Shown: positions 1 to 8,890 of the stretch, in pieces
Layout of the letters: each line of letters opens with the position of its first letter
How positions within the stretch are numbered: the first letter of the stretch is position 1
Assembly: GCA_018645365.1 (NCBI GenBank)
Contig: JABGOP010000005.1
Coordinates: forward strand, 440-64,439
Source: Candidatus Cloacimonadota bacterium
Lineage (GTDB): Bacteria > Cloacimonadota > Cloacimonadia > Cloacimonadales > TCS61
DNA: 64,000 bases
Direction of reading: 5' to 3'
Translations under genes and position numbers: made by a program
The notes under the pieces: generated by a model
Told to the model about the DNA's origin: nothing
Database searches by the model: none
The model's input: only the letters and a program-made list of their open reading frames with translations

Positions 1-986
1 CCTTTTTGAAGCGTCATCACTTGCATTGGGCAACTTTTTACGCAGATATTACATTTCCTGCATTTATCATTAAAATCTGGGTAATAGGTAAAATATTTTT
101 TGAAAACATCTTTTAATATCTTTGGTGAGTAAGCTAAAATTTTTATGTATAATCCGATTTTTTTAATCTTCACTTTTTGGAATTTGAATCTTTTCCACTC
201 TTCCGCAACCACTACTTTCTCCACTTTGTCCATCTGTAAAGCAGGTAAAATATAAACCAATTTTTCGGGATCAAATCCCATCATGCTTGAAGCTACGTAA
301 TCAAGTGCAGAAGCAGACTTGCTGGCAAACATCACTCCAAAATTTCTGGGATCTCCGGCAGATGGTCCTTCTCCTTCCATACCGATAATTCCATCCATTA
401 TGTTAATCGCAACTTTATCTTTTATCAAATCATACAAACTTGTCAAAACCGTTGCGAACAAATTGTGATCGGGGTGACTTTTGTGAAAATCAGATTTTTT
501 TAAACCCGGAATCAAACCGTAAAAATTTTTGACCGCACCCGTGTATGACATCAAACTGTGCGTTTTGTATTTGCAAAGATTAATCACAGCATCAGCATCG
601 AAAAAATAATTTGTAATTGGAAATTCAATACCGTTCGATTTTTTTAGCGTGATGCCACCTTTTTTGAAGTTGACGAGTGAAATTTGATGTTTTTCTGCAA
701 TCTGTTTCATACCTGTTTTTTGCCAAACTAAAGTTGCCGAAACTGATCCGCCCGGTCCATCTCCCAAAACAATTTCTTTACCAATTTTTTTGAGATATGT
801 AATTATCGCATCTACAATTACGGGATGAGTAGTAACTGCTTTTTCCGGTACAAATGCACCCAATAAATTTGGTTTTAAGAGAATTTTTTGTTTACCAATT
901 AGGATTTCTTCTAAACCAAGATTTTCGATAAATTTATAGATTTTATCAAAATCATAGCTTTCAATTTTTTCTATTTTTATTTTCAT
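1..986 (-). CDS. DUF362-domain protein with C-terminal 4Fe-4S ferredoxin-type motif; 3' end lies beyond the window edge
   Basis: Absent from the ORF track because it is open at nt 1. Manual translation from ATG (986..984) reads MKIKIEKIESYDFDKIYKFIENLGLEEILIGKQKILLKPNLLGAF...GDGPGGS...KTHSLMSYTGAVKNFYGLIPG, then CRKCNICVKSCP (nt 62..27, in frame). Start overlaps the stop of the upstream gene (TAATG). Confidence 0.7.
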   Translation of the reverse strand, partial: MKIKIEKIESYDFDKIYKFIENLGLEEILIGKQKILLKPNLLGAFVPEKAVTTHPVIVDAIITYLKKIGKEIVLGDGPGGSVSATLVWQKTGMKQIAEKHQISLVNFKKGGITLKKSNGIEFPITNYFFDADAVINLCKYKTHSLMSYTGAVKNFYGLIPGLKKSDFHKSHPDHNLFATVLTSLYDLIKDKVAINIMDGIIGMEGEGPSAGDPRNFGVMFASKSASALDYVASSMMGFDPEKLVYILPALQMDKVEKVVVAEEWKRFKFQKVKIKKIGLYIKILAYSPKILKDVFKKYFTYYPDFNDKCRKCNICVKSCPMQVMTLQK

Positions 987-2137
987 TATTTAAACGCTTC
1001 CATTCCCGTAAAATCACGATAAGGATCAAAACTTTTCAACGCTTTTTTGTCATCTTCCGAAAGTTCATTCAAGACAATTTTAGCTATCAATTCACCCAAA
1101 CCCGGACCCAACATATAGCCCTGACCGCACATTCCAACTGCATTTATCAGATTTGAAATTTCGCGTGATTTGCCCACAATGGGAAAACCATCCGGTGTCA
1201 TTGGATATTGTCCACGCCAAGTGCGACGCACTTTCAAATTGGCAAGTTTTGGAAAAAGTTGCACCATTCTTTTTGCAACCTGCGGCAAGAATGTCGAGGT
1301 AGAATCGCTGTCTGTCCCAAAAATTGGCGGTGATGGCGTGATGCAAAAAATAACCTGACCTTCATTATTTTGGTAAAAATAGTAATTTGCAGAACCCTTA
1401 ATCGGACGCATATCCACCACCATTGGTTCAAAAAACCTTTCTACCGGTTCGGTGATGGCACCTTCGTGACTGTCTGGAATTACCGGCAAATTAATTCCCA
1501 TTAATTCTCCAATCTCTTTTGCATTATTGCCGGCAGCGTTGACCACAATTTTTGCCGAATATTCACTTTTATCTGTAATCACTTGGGAAATTTCGCCATT
1601 AACTATTTTCAAATCTACCACTTTTTCTTTGAATTTGTATTCAGCACCAAACTCTAAACTTTTTTGGTAGAATGCATTGATTGCCAAAAGTGGCGAAGCC
1701 GAACCATCGTTGGGCGAATAGGTAGCTCCTTGCAGATTTTCCACACAAATTCCCGGCACTAATTTTTCATATTCTTCGGGAGAAATCCATTCGATATTCA
1801 AACCAAAAGAATGTTGAATTTTCATCAGATTTTTCAGCTTGGTTTCGTCTGCTTCCGTATAAGCTGGAAAACTGTAACCGTTTGCCATCCAACCAATATC
1901 ATCACCGTATTTCTCTTGCCATGTAGAAAATATTTCGATGCTCTTTTGCGATACTTTTATTTTGCCAAAATCGGAATGGGTAGCACGAATCCCACCAATC
2001 GCTTTTTTGTTGTTTTCTTGCCCCACCGAAGCACACGCATCGATAACCAAAACTTTTTGCTTCCGTTCCGCAAGCGACAATGCAAGCGGCACTCCAACCG
2101 AGCCAGCACCGATAATAATTACATCAAAGGTTTTCAT
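986..2137 (-). CDS. FAD-dependent oxidoreductase, sarcosine oxidase beta / D-amino-acid dehydrogenase-like subunit
   Basis: 383 aa. N-terminal dinucleotide fold DVIIIGAGSVGV; DAO-family layout through to GMCGQGYMLGPGLG near the C-terminus. ATGA overlap with the upstream alpha-like gene. Confidence 0.8.
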   Translation of the reverse strand: MKTFDVIIIGAGSVGVPLALSLAERKQKVLVIDACASVGQENNKKAIGGIRATHSDFGKIKVSQKSIEIFSTWQEKYGDDIGWMANGYSFPAYTEADETKLKNLMKIQHSFGLNIEWISPEEYEKLVPGICVENLQGATYSPNDGSASPLLAINAFYQKSLEFGAEYKFKEKVVDLKIVNGEISQVITDKSEYSAKIVVNAAGNNAKEIGELMGINLPVIPDSHEGAITEPVERFFEPMVVDMRPIKGSANYYFYQNNEGQVIFCITPSPPIFGTDSDSTSTFLPQVAKRMVQLFPKLANLKVRRTWRGQYPMTPDGFPIVGKSREISNLINAVGMCGQGYMLGPGLGELIAKIVLNELSEDDKKALKSFDPYRDFTGMEAFK

Positions 2138-4197
2138 ATCTTCCCTCCATCAGCAAATTTCCCGAGTGGTACTTCCACAAAAACTGGACGCCGTGTATTC
2201 GGTTCAATCTCTTCATTCGGAACACCTTCGCGTCGCAAAATTTGTTTGATTAAATTATCACAACTCTTTGCTCCGCAAGGTCCCATTCCGGCACGCGTAA
2301 TCGCCTTTATCTGGTTGATGTCCGAAACACCATTTCGCACCAAATCGCGAACATCTTTTGCGGTAACACGCTCGCAAAGACAGACCATTTCTTCATCAGA
2401 GGTGTGTTGAATTTCTGTCTCTTTTTGTTGGGAAACTTCTGCCTTTTGAATCTGGAATGAAACGATCTTTTTCGCAATATTTTTGTGAGCTTTTAATTTA
2501 ATAAGCTGAGTTCTATTATTTACTTTCACATCAAGAATTTGTGTTACAGAAAAGGTACCGAGTTCCTTCCCATCAATATCGACACATCTCACCTCATCAC
2601 CAACCAAAACTTTGTGATTTGAAATTTCATAAGGTAGCGTAACCGTTGGATTTTCCGCATTCTTACGATAATCCACCAGTGTAATCGCCAATCCCGGACA
2701 AACTGCAACACACTTTCCACAACCAATACATTTCCCCTCAAAATGGGGTAAATCCATAATCGGATCACCCTTCATGAAAATTGAATTTGTGGGGCAAACC
2801 GTACTGCAGGGATTACATGGAATTTCTTGTAAACAGTGAATAATCGGCAAAATTCCTTCTTCTATTTCAGTGATATTATAATCATAAGTTTTACCAGCTT
2901 CCTTTTTTAAAATTTCTGCTTTATCAAACCAGCTTTGGGGAATTTTCTCCACATTCGGGTCAATTTCTTTGGCTATCTTTAGTCCGGCAATTTTCCCATT
3001 GAACATAGCAGAAGAAGCTTCTGCAATTTCTTTTGCATCACCGGCAGAAAGAACTCTTATTCCGGCAGTTTCAGCTTCATCAGTAAATTCACTTACACTT
3101 TCAAGCCCCACAGCGATAAGAAGTGTATCACAGTCAAATGTCTTTTCTGTTCCTTTTACCGGATTAAATTTATCATCAATTTGTGATATTGTAACTGATT
3201 CAATGGTCTCTTTTCCATTTGCTTGCAAAACAGAATGAGATGTATAAATTGGAACACCAAGCCGTGCAAGTTTATCGGCATGAACTTTGTAGCCACCACA
3301 TTTTGGCATTGCTTCCACCAAACCAACCACTTCAATTCCGGCTTGCAACGCATGGTAACCAGCAATGAGTCCCACGTTCCCACCGCCAACAATGAAAAGT
3401 CGTTTTGTGGGGCGCACTAAATCGCGATTTACCAAAGTTTGGAATGCTCCTGCTCCGTAAATTCCAGCAAGTGAATTCCCTTTAAAACGTAAAAATTTTT
3501 CTCTTGCTCCCGCTGCATTTAAGATGATCTTCGGTTTTACTAATTTATAAATATCATTATTTAAGATTCCAACTTTTTTATCTTTGAAAACAAACAACGC
3601 AGTGCTATTTTTCCAAATGGTTATTTCGGGAAATTCAGTGATTTGTTGTGCTAATTTTTTGCCAATTTCATTTCCACGAGTACCAGCAAAAGAATCCTCT
3701 TGCGAACCAAAAAACTTGTGCGTTTGCAATACTAATTTCCCACCCAGTTCACCTTTATCATCAATCAAAAGCGTCTTAATTTTGTGTTTTCCAAGCTGAA
3801 TAGCAGCAGAAAGACCGGCAGGTCCTCCACCAATTATCAACACATCATATTCTAATTCTTCGATCTCGCTAATCTTATGTTTACCTGTTTGTGGAAGTTT
3901 GGGTAATCCTTCCACACTTTCAACTTTCATTTCCGGTTTAACAATAGTCATACAAGATTTCATTAGAACGCCATCTACTATAACAGAGCATTTTGCACAC
4001 TGACCGTTAGCACAAAAAATTCCTTGAGCACTGCCGCCTTTGTGATGATGTCCAAAAACTTTGATGCCATTTGCAAACAGAGCCGATGAAATCATCTCAT
4101 TTTTGAAGCCAAAATATTTCGTTCCATTCCAATAAAATGGGATTTTTTCTCTTTCTAAAATCGGTAAAATTGGATGTTCGATTATGCGATTACCCAC
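2134..4197 (-). CDS. Multidomain Fe-S flavoprotein (sarcosine oxidase/proline dehydrogenase alpha-like): 2Fe-2S + pyridine nucleotide-disulfide oxidoreductase + 2x[4Fe-4S] + BFD-like 2Fe-2S
   Basis: 687 aa. CANGQCAKCSV near the N-terminus. Two Rossmann motifs, YDVLIIGGGPAGLSAA and FIVGGGNVGLIAG. CNPCSTVCP plus CIGCGKCVAVCP. C-terminal CLCERV...GMGPCGAKSC. GTG start (4197..4195) overlaps the mnmG stop by 1 nt. Confidence 0.75.
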   Translation of the reverse strand: MGNRIIEHPILPILEREKIPFYWNGTKYFGFKNEMISSALFANGIKVFGHHHKGGSAQGIFCANGQCAKCSVIVDGVLMKSCMTIVKPEMKVESVEGLPKLPQTGKHKISEIEELEYDVLIIGGGPAGLSAAIQLGKHKIKTLLIDDKGELGGKLVLQTHKFFGSQEDSFAGTRGNEIGKKLAQQITEFPEITIWKNSTALFVFKDKKVGILNNDIYKLVKPKIILNAAGAREKFLRFKGNSLAGIYGAGAFQTLVNRDLVRPTKRLFIVGGGNVGLIAGYHALQAGIEVVGLVEAMPKCGGYKVHADKLARLGVPIYTSHSVLQANGKETIESVTISQIDDKFNPVKGTEKTFDCDTLLIAVGLESVSEFTDEAETAGIRVLSAGDAKEIAEASSAMFNGKIAGLKIAKEIDPNVEKIPQSWFDKAEILKKEAGKTYDYNITEIEEGILPIIHCLQEIPCNPCSTVCPTNSIFMKGDPIMDLPHFEGKCIGCGKCVAVCPGLAITLVDYRKNAENPTVTLPYEISNHKVLVGDEVRCVDIDGKELGTFSVTQILDVKVNNRTQLIKLKAHKNIAKKIVSFQIQKAEVSQQKETEIQHTSDEEMVCLCERVTAKDVRDLVRNGVSDINQIKAITRAGMGPCGAKSCDNLIKQILRREGVPNEEIEPNTRRPVFVEVPLGKFADGGKI

Positions 4198-6041
4198 TAT
4201 TTATCTCCTAATTTTTTCTTTTTTAAGTAAATCATTAATGCTGTTACATCTGTATGATTTACGCCGGAAATTCGAGAAGCCTGACCGAGCGAAGTTGGGT
4301 TTATTTTCGACAGTTTTTCACGTGCTTCGTAAGCGATTGATGCAATTTTCATAAAATCTATATTGTTTGGAATTTTCGTATTTTCCATTTTAGTAAATCT
4401 TTCTATGTCAGCAAATTGGCGCTTAATATAACCTTCATATTTTACTTCGAGCGAAATACGATTTTTGATGTTTTTGGTTACATCTGTTGGGATTTTATAA
4501 CCGTAATTCTGCAAATCATCAAATGAAACATTCGGTCGTTTCAAAAGATTTATCAATCGCGTTGGCTCTTTTAAATCCGCAGATTTTACGGTATTATTTT
4601 TTTGCAAAAAAACTAATTCACGTTCATAAATATTTCTCATATTTTGATATCTTTGAAAACGCTCATTGCTTACCAAACCAAGTTTGTAACCAATCGGCAT
4701 CAATCTATCATCCGCATTATCTTGTCTTAAATGAAGCCGATATTCGGCACGCGAAGTGAAAAGTCGATACGGTTCGGTTGTGCCTTTTGTGACCAAATCG
4801 TCCAGCAAAACACCGAGATAAGATTGGGAACGATCGAAAACAAGCGGATCTTTTTTGTTGAGCGATAAAACTGCATTTATTCCCGCGGCAATGCCCTGTG
4901 CCGCCGCCTCTTCATAACCAGAAGTACCATTGATTTGTCCCGCCAAATAAAGTCCCGAAATCTTTTTGGATTCCATCGTAATAGCGATTTCGTTCGGAAT
5001 CACATAATCGTATTCAATCGCGTAGCCGTATCGCACAATTTTAGCGTTTTCCAACCCGGCAATGCTGTTCACAATTTGTTTTTGAATTTGGGGTGGCAAA
5101 CTATTGGAAATACCGTTCACATAAGCTTCGAAAGTGTTAATTCCTTCTGGCTCCACAAAAATATGATGGTGTTCTTTTTCTTTGAATTTGACAATTTTAT
5201 CTTCGATTGAAGGACAATATCGCGGACCTATTCCCTCGATAAAACCACCGTAAAGAGCAGATTTTTGCAGATTTGAACTGATGATTTGGTGCGTTTTTGG
5301 ATTGGTAAAAGTAAGCCAGCAACTAACGAGATTTTTTAGTTTGATACCGCGATAAAATGAAAATCCAGTTGGATTTTCATCACCGGGTTGTTCTTCCATT
5401 TTACTGAAATTTGCGGTACGAATATCTACCCGTGGCGGCGTTCCCGTTTTGAAACGAGCCAATTTCAAGCCAGCTTTCAAAAGCGAATTTGAAAGCATTT
5501 TTGCGGCTGGCTCTCCCGCTCTGCCAGAACTGAAATTCACATCACCCACATGGACGCGACCCTTCAAAAAAGTACCATTTGCCAAAATGACTTTGGGAGC
5601 AAAATAATTTTCACCGAGTTGAGAGCGAACGCCTAAAATATGTTTTTTGTCGGAGCTTAAAAGTAGCTCATCGATAATTGATTCTTTGATTTCAAGGTTA
5701 TCTTGCTCTTCCAAAATAAGCCGCATCGTTTGACTGTAAATTTCGCGATCATTTTGGGAACGTGGCGCCCAAACTGCTGGGCCTTTTTTTTGATTTAACA
5801 TCCTAAATTGGATACCCGAAATATCCGCAACTTTTCCTATTTGACCACCGAGTGCGTCAATCTCACGCGCCAAATGTCCTTTCGCTGGACCGCCTACGGT
5901 TGGGTTGCAAGACATCACACCAATCGTTTCGATTTTTATCACAAAAATCAAAACTTTAGCGCCCATTTTCGCTGCCGAAACAGCCGCTTCGATACCCGCG
6001 TGACCAGCCCCAACTACAATTATATCGTATTTATTCATCAT
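4197..6041 (-). CDS. mnmG: tRNA uridine 5-carboxymethylaminomethyl modification enzyme MnmG (GidA)
   Basis: 614 aa. YDIIVVGAGHAGIEAA, GPRYCPSIEDK, AGQINGTSGYEEAAAQG, full-length GidA-like architecture. Confidence 0.95.
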   Translation of the reverse strand: MMNKYDIIVVGAGHAGIEAAVSAAKMGAKVLIFVIKIETIGVMSCNPTVGGPAKGHLAREIDALGGQIGKVADISGIQFRMLNQKKGPAVWAPRSQNDREIYSQTMRLILEEQDNLEIKESIIDELLLSSDKKHILGVRSQLGENYFAPKVILANGTFLKGRVHVGDVNFSSGRAGEPAAKMLSNSLLKAGLKLARFKTGTPPRVDIRTANFSKMEEQPGDENPTGFSFYRGIKLKNLVSCWLTFTNPKTHQIISSNLQKSALYGGFIEGIGPRYCPSIEDKIVKFKEKEHHHIFVEPEGINTFEAYVNGISNSLPPQIQKQIVNSIAGLENAKIVRYGYAIEYDYVIPNEIAITMESKKISGLYLAGQINGTSGYEEAAAQGIAAGINAVLSLNKKDPLVFDRSQSYLGVLLDDLVTKGTTEPYRLFTSRAEYRLHLRQDNADDRLMPIGYKLGLVSNERFQRYQNMRNIYERELVFLQKNNTVKSADLKEPTRLINLLKRPNVSFDDLQNYGYKIPTDVTKNIKNRISLEVKYEGYIKRQFADIERFTKMENTKIPNNIDFMKIASIAYEAREKLSKINPTSLGQASRISGVNHTDVTALMIYLKKKKLGDK

Positions 6042-6193
6042 CCTTGCACACCATCTTTTGAATTGATTGTTATTTCATTTTTTGTGGGTTTTGTGTCAAG
6101 ATAGTTTGAAAATCAGTTTTTTAATTTGACAAATGAATGTCGTAAAAAATCTTAGATTGTTCTATTTAAGAGATTAAATTTAGGAGAAAATAG

Positions 6194-6442
6194 ATGAGTA
6201 AAAAATGGTTTTTAGCTATTATCCCAGGTGTTTTAGCGTTGATGATTTTGATGTTTGTAGTTGCACTTTTTCTGATTAAAATTTTATGGGCATGGACAAT
6301 TCCGGATATTTTTCCCGGCGCAGTTGAACAAAATTTAATCGTTGCGGAACTTTCATGGTTGACTTCATTTAAGCTTGCACTTTTTGTGGCAGTATTATTT
6401 GGAATTGCAAGTAGTTCTTCCAAACATGAAAGAAAAAATTAG
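6194..6442 (+). CDS. small membrane protein, unknown function
   Basis: 82 aa with two hydrophobic helices. AGGAGAAAATAG-ATG ribosome-binding context nearly identical to the one in front of proS. The antisense ORF 6166..6423 lacks such a context. Confidence 0.5.
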   Translation: MSKKWFLAIIPGVLALMILMFVVALFLIKILWAWTIPDIFPGAVEQNLIVAELSWLTSFKLALFVAVLFGIASSSSKHERKN

Positions 6443-6453
6443 GAGAAAAATAG

Positions 6454-7971
6454 ATGTCGAAAAAAATGAAAACAGCAATCGTTCCAACGCGTGCTGAAAA
6501 TTACCCAGAGTGGTATCAACAGGTTATCAAAGCTGCTGACCTTGCGGAAAATAGTGAAGTTCGCGGCTGTATGGTAATCAAACCATGGGGTTACACGATT
6601 TGGGAAAATATCCAGAAAAATTTAGATGAAATGTTCAAGGACACAGGACACGTGAACGCATACTTCCCTTTATTCATACCCAAAAGTTATTTTGAAAAAG
6701 AAGCAGAGCATGTAGAAGGATTTGCGAAAGAATGTGCGGTTGTTACTCATTCTCGCTTGGAAGATGATGGCAACGGCGGTTTGAAACCTGCTGGAAAATT
6801 GACGGAAGAACTCATCGTGCGACCAACGAGTGAAACCATTATTGGTGCGTCTTTTAGCAAATGGGTGAATTCATATCGAGATTTACCGCTACTTGTAAAT
6901 CAATGGGCAAATGTGGTAAGATGGGAAATGCGAACGCGACTATTTTTGCGAACTGCCGAATTTTTATGGCAAGAGGGGCATACTGTCCACGAAAGTAAAA
7001 AATGTGCTCTCGAAGAAACTTTTAAAATGCTTGATGTTTATGCTGAATTCGCCGAAAAATATTTGGCGATGCCAGTTATTAAAGGTGAAAAAACTGCATC
7101 AGAAAGATTTCCTGGTGCTTTACAGACTTTTTCCATCGAAGCAATGATGCAAGATAAGAAGGCTCTTCAATCTGGAACTTCTCATTTTCTCGGACAAAAT
7201 TTTGCCAAAGCTTCCAACATAAAATTCCAGAGCAAAGAGGGAAAAGAAGAGCTGGCATGGACAACTTCATGGGGGGTTTCTACTCGTCTTATAGGTGCGT
7301 TAATAATGGCTCACAGCGATGATGACGGTCTCGTCTTACCACCAAAAATCGCACCTAAACACATCGCAATTATCCCTATTTATCGTGATGATGAACAGCG
7401 AAAAATCGTGATGAATTTCATTGATGAAATGGTGACAAAAATCAAAGAACAGCGTTATGATGAGAAAAAAATTCGCTTTGAAATTGATGACCGTGACTTA
7501 CGCGGTGGTGAAAAAATCTGGAATTGGATTAAAAAAGGTGTTCCGATTCGTTTGGAAATTGGTGCACGCGACATTGAAAATAATTCTGTTTTCATGGGCA
7601 GACGCGACAAAGCTGCGAAAGATAAAACATCTCTAAATGTTGATGAATTTATAAATTCTTTACCAAATATTCTGGACGAAATTCAAAATAACATTTTCCA
7701 AAAAGCACTAAAATTCAGAAGAGACAACACTTTCAAAATTGATGATAAAGCTGAGTTTTATAAATTTTTCACAGCAAAAAACAACAACGAAATTCACGGC
7801 GGGTTCGCCAATAGTCATTGGTGTGGAAGTTCCGCTTGTGAAGAAAAAATTAAAGATGACCTAAAAGTAACCATTCGCAACATTCCACAAGATGCCAAAA
7901 AAGAAGACGGCAATTGTATCTGTTGCGGAAATAAAAGTAAAAAACGCGTAATTTTCGCGAAGGCATATTAA
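6454..7971 (+). CDS. proS: prolyl-tRNA synthetase (archaeal/eukaryote-like short type)
   Basis: 505 aa. Class II aaRS motifs (FAKECAVVTH, RPTSETI, FLRTAEFLWQEGHT), C-terminal zinc-type CxxC ending in Y. Confidence 0.95.
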   Translation: MSKKMKTAIVPTRAENYPEWYQQVIKAADLAENSEVRGCMVIKPWGYTIWENIQKNLDEMFKDTGHVNAYFPLFIPKSYFEKEAEHVEGFAKECAVVTHSRLEDDGNGGLKPAGKLTEELIVRPTSETIIGASFSKWVNSYRDLPLLVNQWANVVRWEMRTRLFLRTAEFLWQEGHTVHESKKCALEETFKMLDVYAEFAEKYLAMPVIKGEKTASERFPGALQTFSIEAMMQDKKALQSGTSHFLGQNFAKASNIKFQSKEGKEELAWTTSWGVSTRLIGALIMAHSDDDGLVLPPKIAPKHIAIIPIYRDDEQRKIVMNFIDEMVTKIKEQRYDEKKIRFEIDDRDLRGGEKIWNWIKKGVPIRLEIGARDIENNSVFMGRRDKAAKDKTSLNVDEFINSLPNILDEIQNNIFQKALKFRRDNTFKIDDKAEFYKFFTAKNNNEIHGGFANSHWCGSSACEEKIKDDLKVTIRNIPQDAKKEDGNCICCGNKSKKRVIFAKAY

Positions 7972-8772
7972 ATGAAATTTTGGATAAATAACAATGACTT
8001 TATCTATCTTTTCCAACTGATGAAAGCAGCTGGAATCGAACAAGATTACGAAACAATTGGCAAAATAATTAACGAAGGACGCGTGATGGTCAACGACCAA
8101 ACAGTTTTTCAACAAAGATTGAAATTGCAAAATAAAGACGAAATCCGTTACCTTGATTATCACATTAAAGTCCATGAACGCGATGAAGATGGCGGCATTC
8201 CAGCAGAATTCAACCAAAGTGCCAAAACCATAGGAAATGTTCGGCATGGCAAAGTGCAAAGTTGGAAATCTCAACCAGTTAAACTTGAAATGAAAATCGA
8301 TGATGAAATCGCTCAATTATCACGCAAATTACACCAAAAATTGAGTGCCGAAAATAAAACGATTTCCTGTGCAGAATCCTGTACTGGTGGACTTTTCCAA
8401 AAAATAATTTCAGAACAATCTGGGGCTTCCAAATATTTTTTGGGAGGAATCGTTTGTTATTCTGATTTTGCTAAACAAAAAATCCTCAAAGTTAAATATA
8501 GCACCCTAAACTCTTTCGGTGCAGTCAGCGATAAAGTAGCTATTGAACTCGCTCAAAATACCCAGCAACTTTTTGAATCTGATTACGCAATCGCTATTAC
8601 TGGTATTGCTGGACCGACTGGCGGAACAAAAGAAAAACCAGTTGGAACGGTATTTATCGGAGTTTCACACAATCAAAAAATGCGTGTAAAAAAACTCTTC
8701 TTTGATGGAAATCGAGAGAGTGTCCGCAAAAAAACATGCTTAAATGCACTAAAATTTCTACTCGGAAGATAG
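7972..8772 (+). CDS. fusion protein: N-terminal S4-like (YbcJ-type) RNA-binding domain + C-terminal CinA-C/PncC nicotinamide-nucleotide amidohydrolase domain
   Basis: 266 aa. Residues about 1-67 resemble YbcJ-type S4 modules (IYLFQLMKAAGIEQDYETIGKIINEGRVMVNDQTV...). The C-terminal half has the CinA-C signature ISCAESCTGGL...GGIVCYS...AIAITGIAGPTGG. ATG directly abuts the proS stop. Confidence 0.75.
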   Translation: MKFWINNNDFIYLFQLMKAAGIEQDYETIGKIINEGRVMVNDQTVFQQRLKLQNKDEIRYLDYHIKVHERDEDGGIPAEFNQSAKTIGNVRHGKVQSWKSQPVKLEMKIDDEIAQLSRKLHQKLSAENKTISCAESCTGGLFQKIISEQSGASKYFLGGIVCYSDFAKQKILKVKYSTLNSFGAVSDKVAIELAQNTQQLFESDYAIAITGIAGPTGGTKEKPVGTVFIGVSHNQKMRVKKLFFDGNRESVRKKTCLNALKFLLGR

Positions 8773-8777
8773 TTTTT

Positions 8778-8812
8778 ACTTGACGATATGATTGGATTTT
8801 TAAGGGTACCTT
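8778..8812 (+). promoter_or_regulatory. bipartite motif ACTTGACG-N16-AAGGGTACCTT upstream of the C25 peptidase gene (putative promoter)
   Basis: Same architecture and spacing as 27051..27085 (ACTTGACG-N16-AAGAGTTCCTT). Ends 78 nt before the ATG. Confidence 0.35.
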
Positions 8813-8890
8813 ACATTAAATATTTTTCAATTTTTAATCTTTTCCTTAGCACTTTTTTATTGAAAATTCTGCATTTAAATCGGAGATTTT

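Noticed and set aside
8846-8873. Sigma54-like -24 element TTAGCAC upstream of the C25 gene
   Set aside because: The conserved GG is AG here, no GC dinucleotide lies 10 nt downstream, and the nearest TGCA is about 20 nt away.
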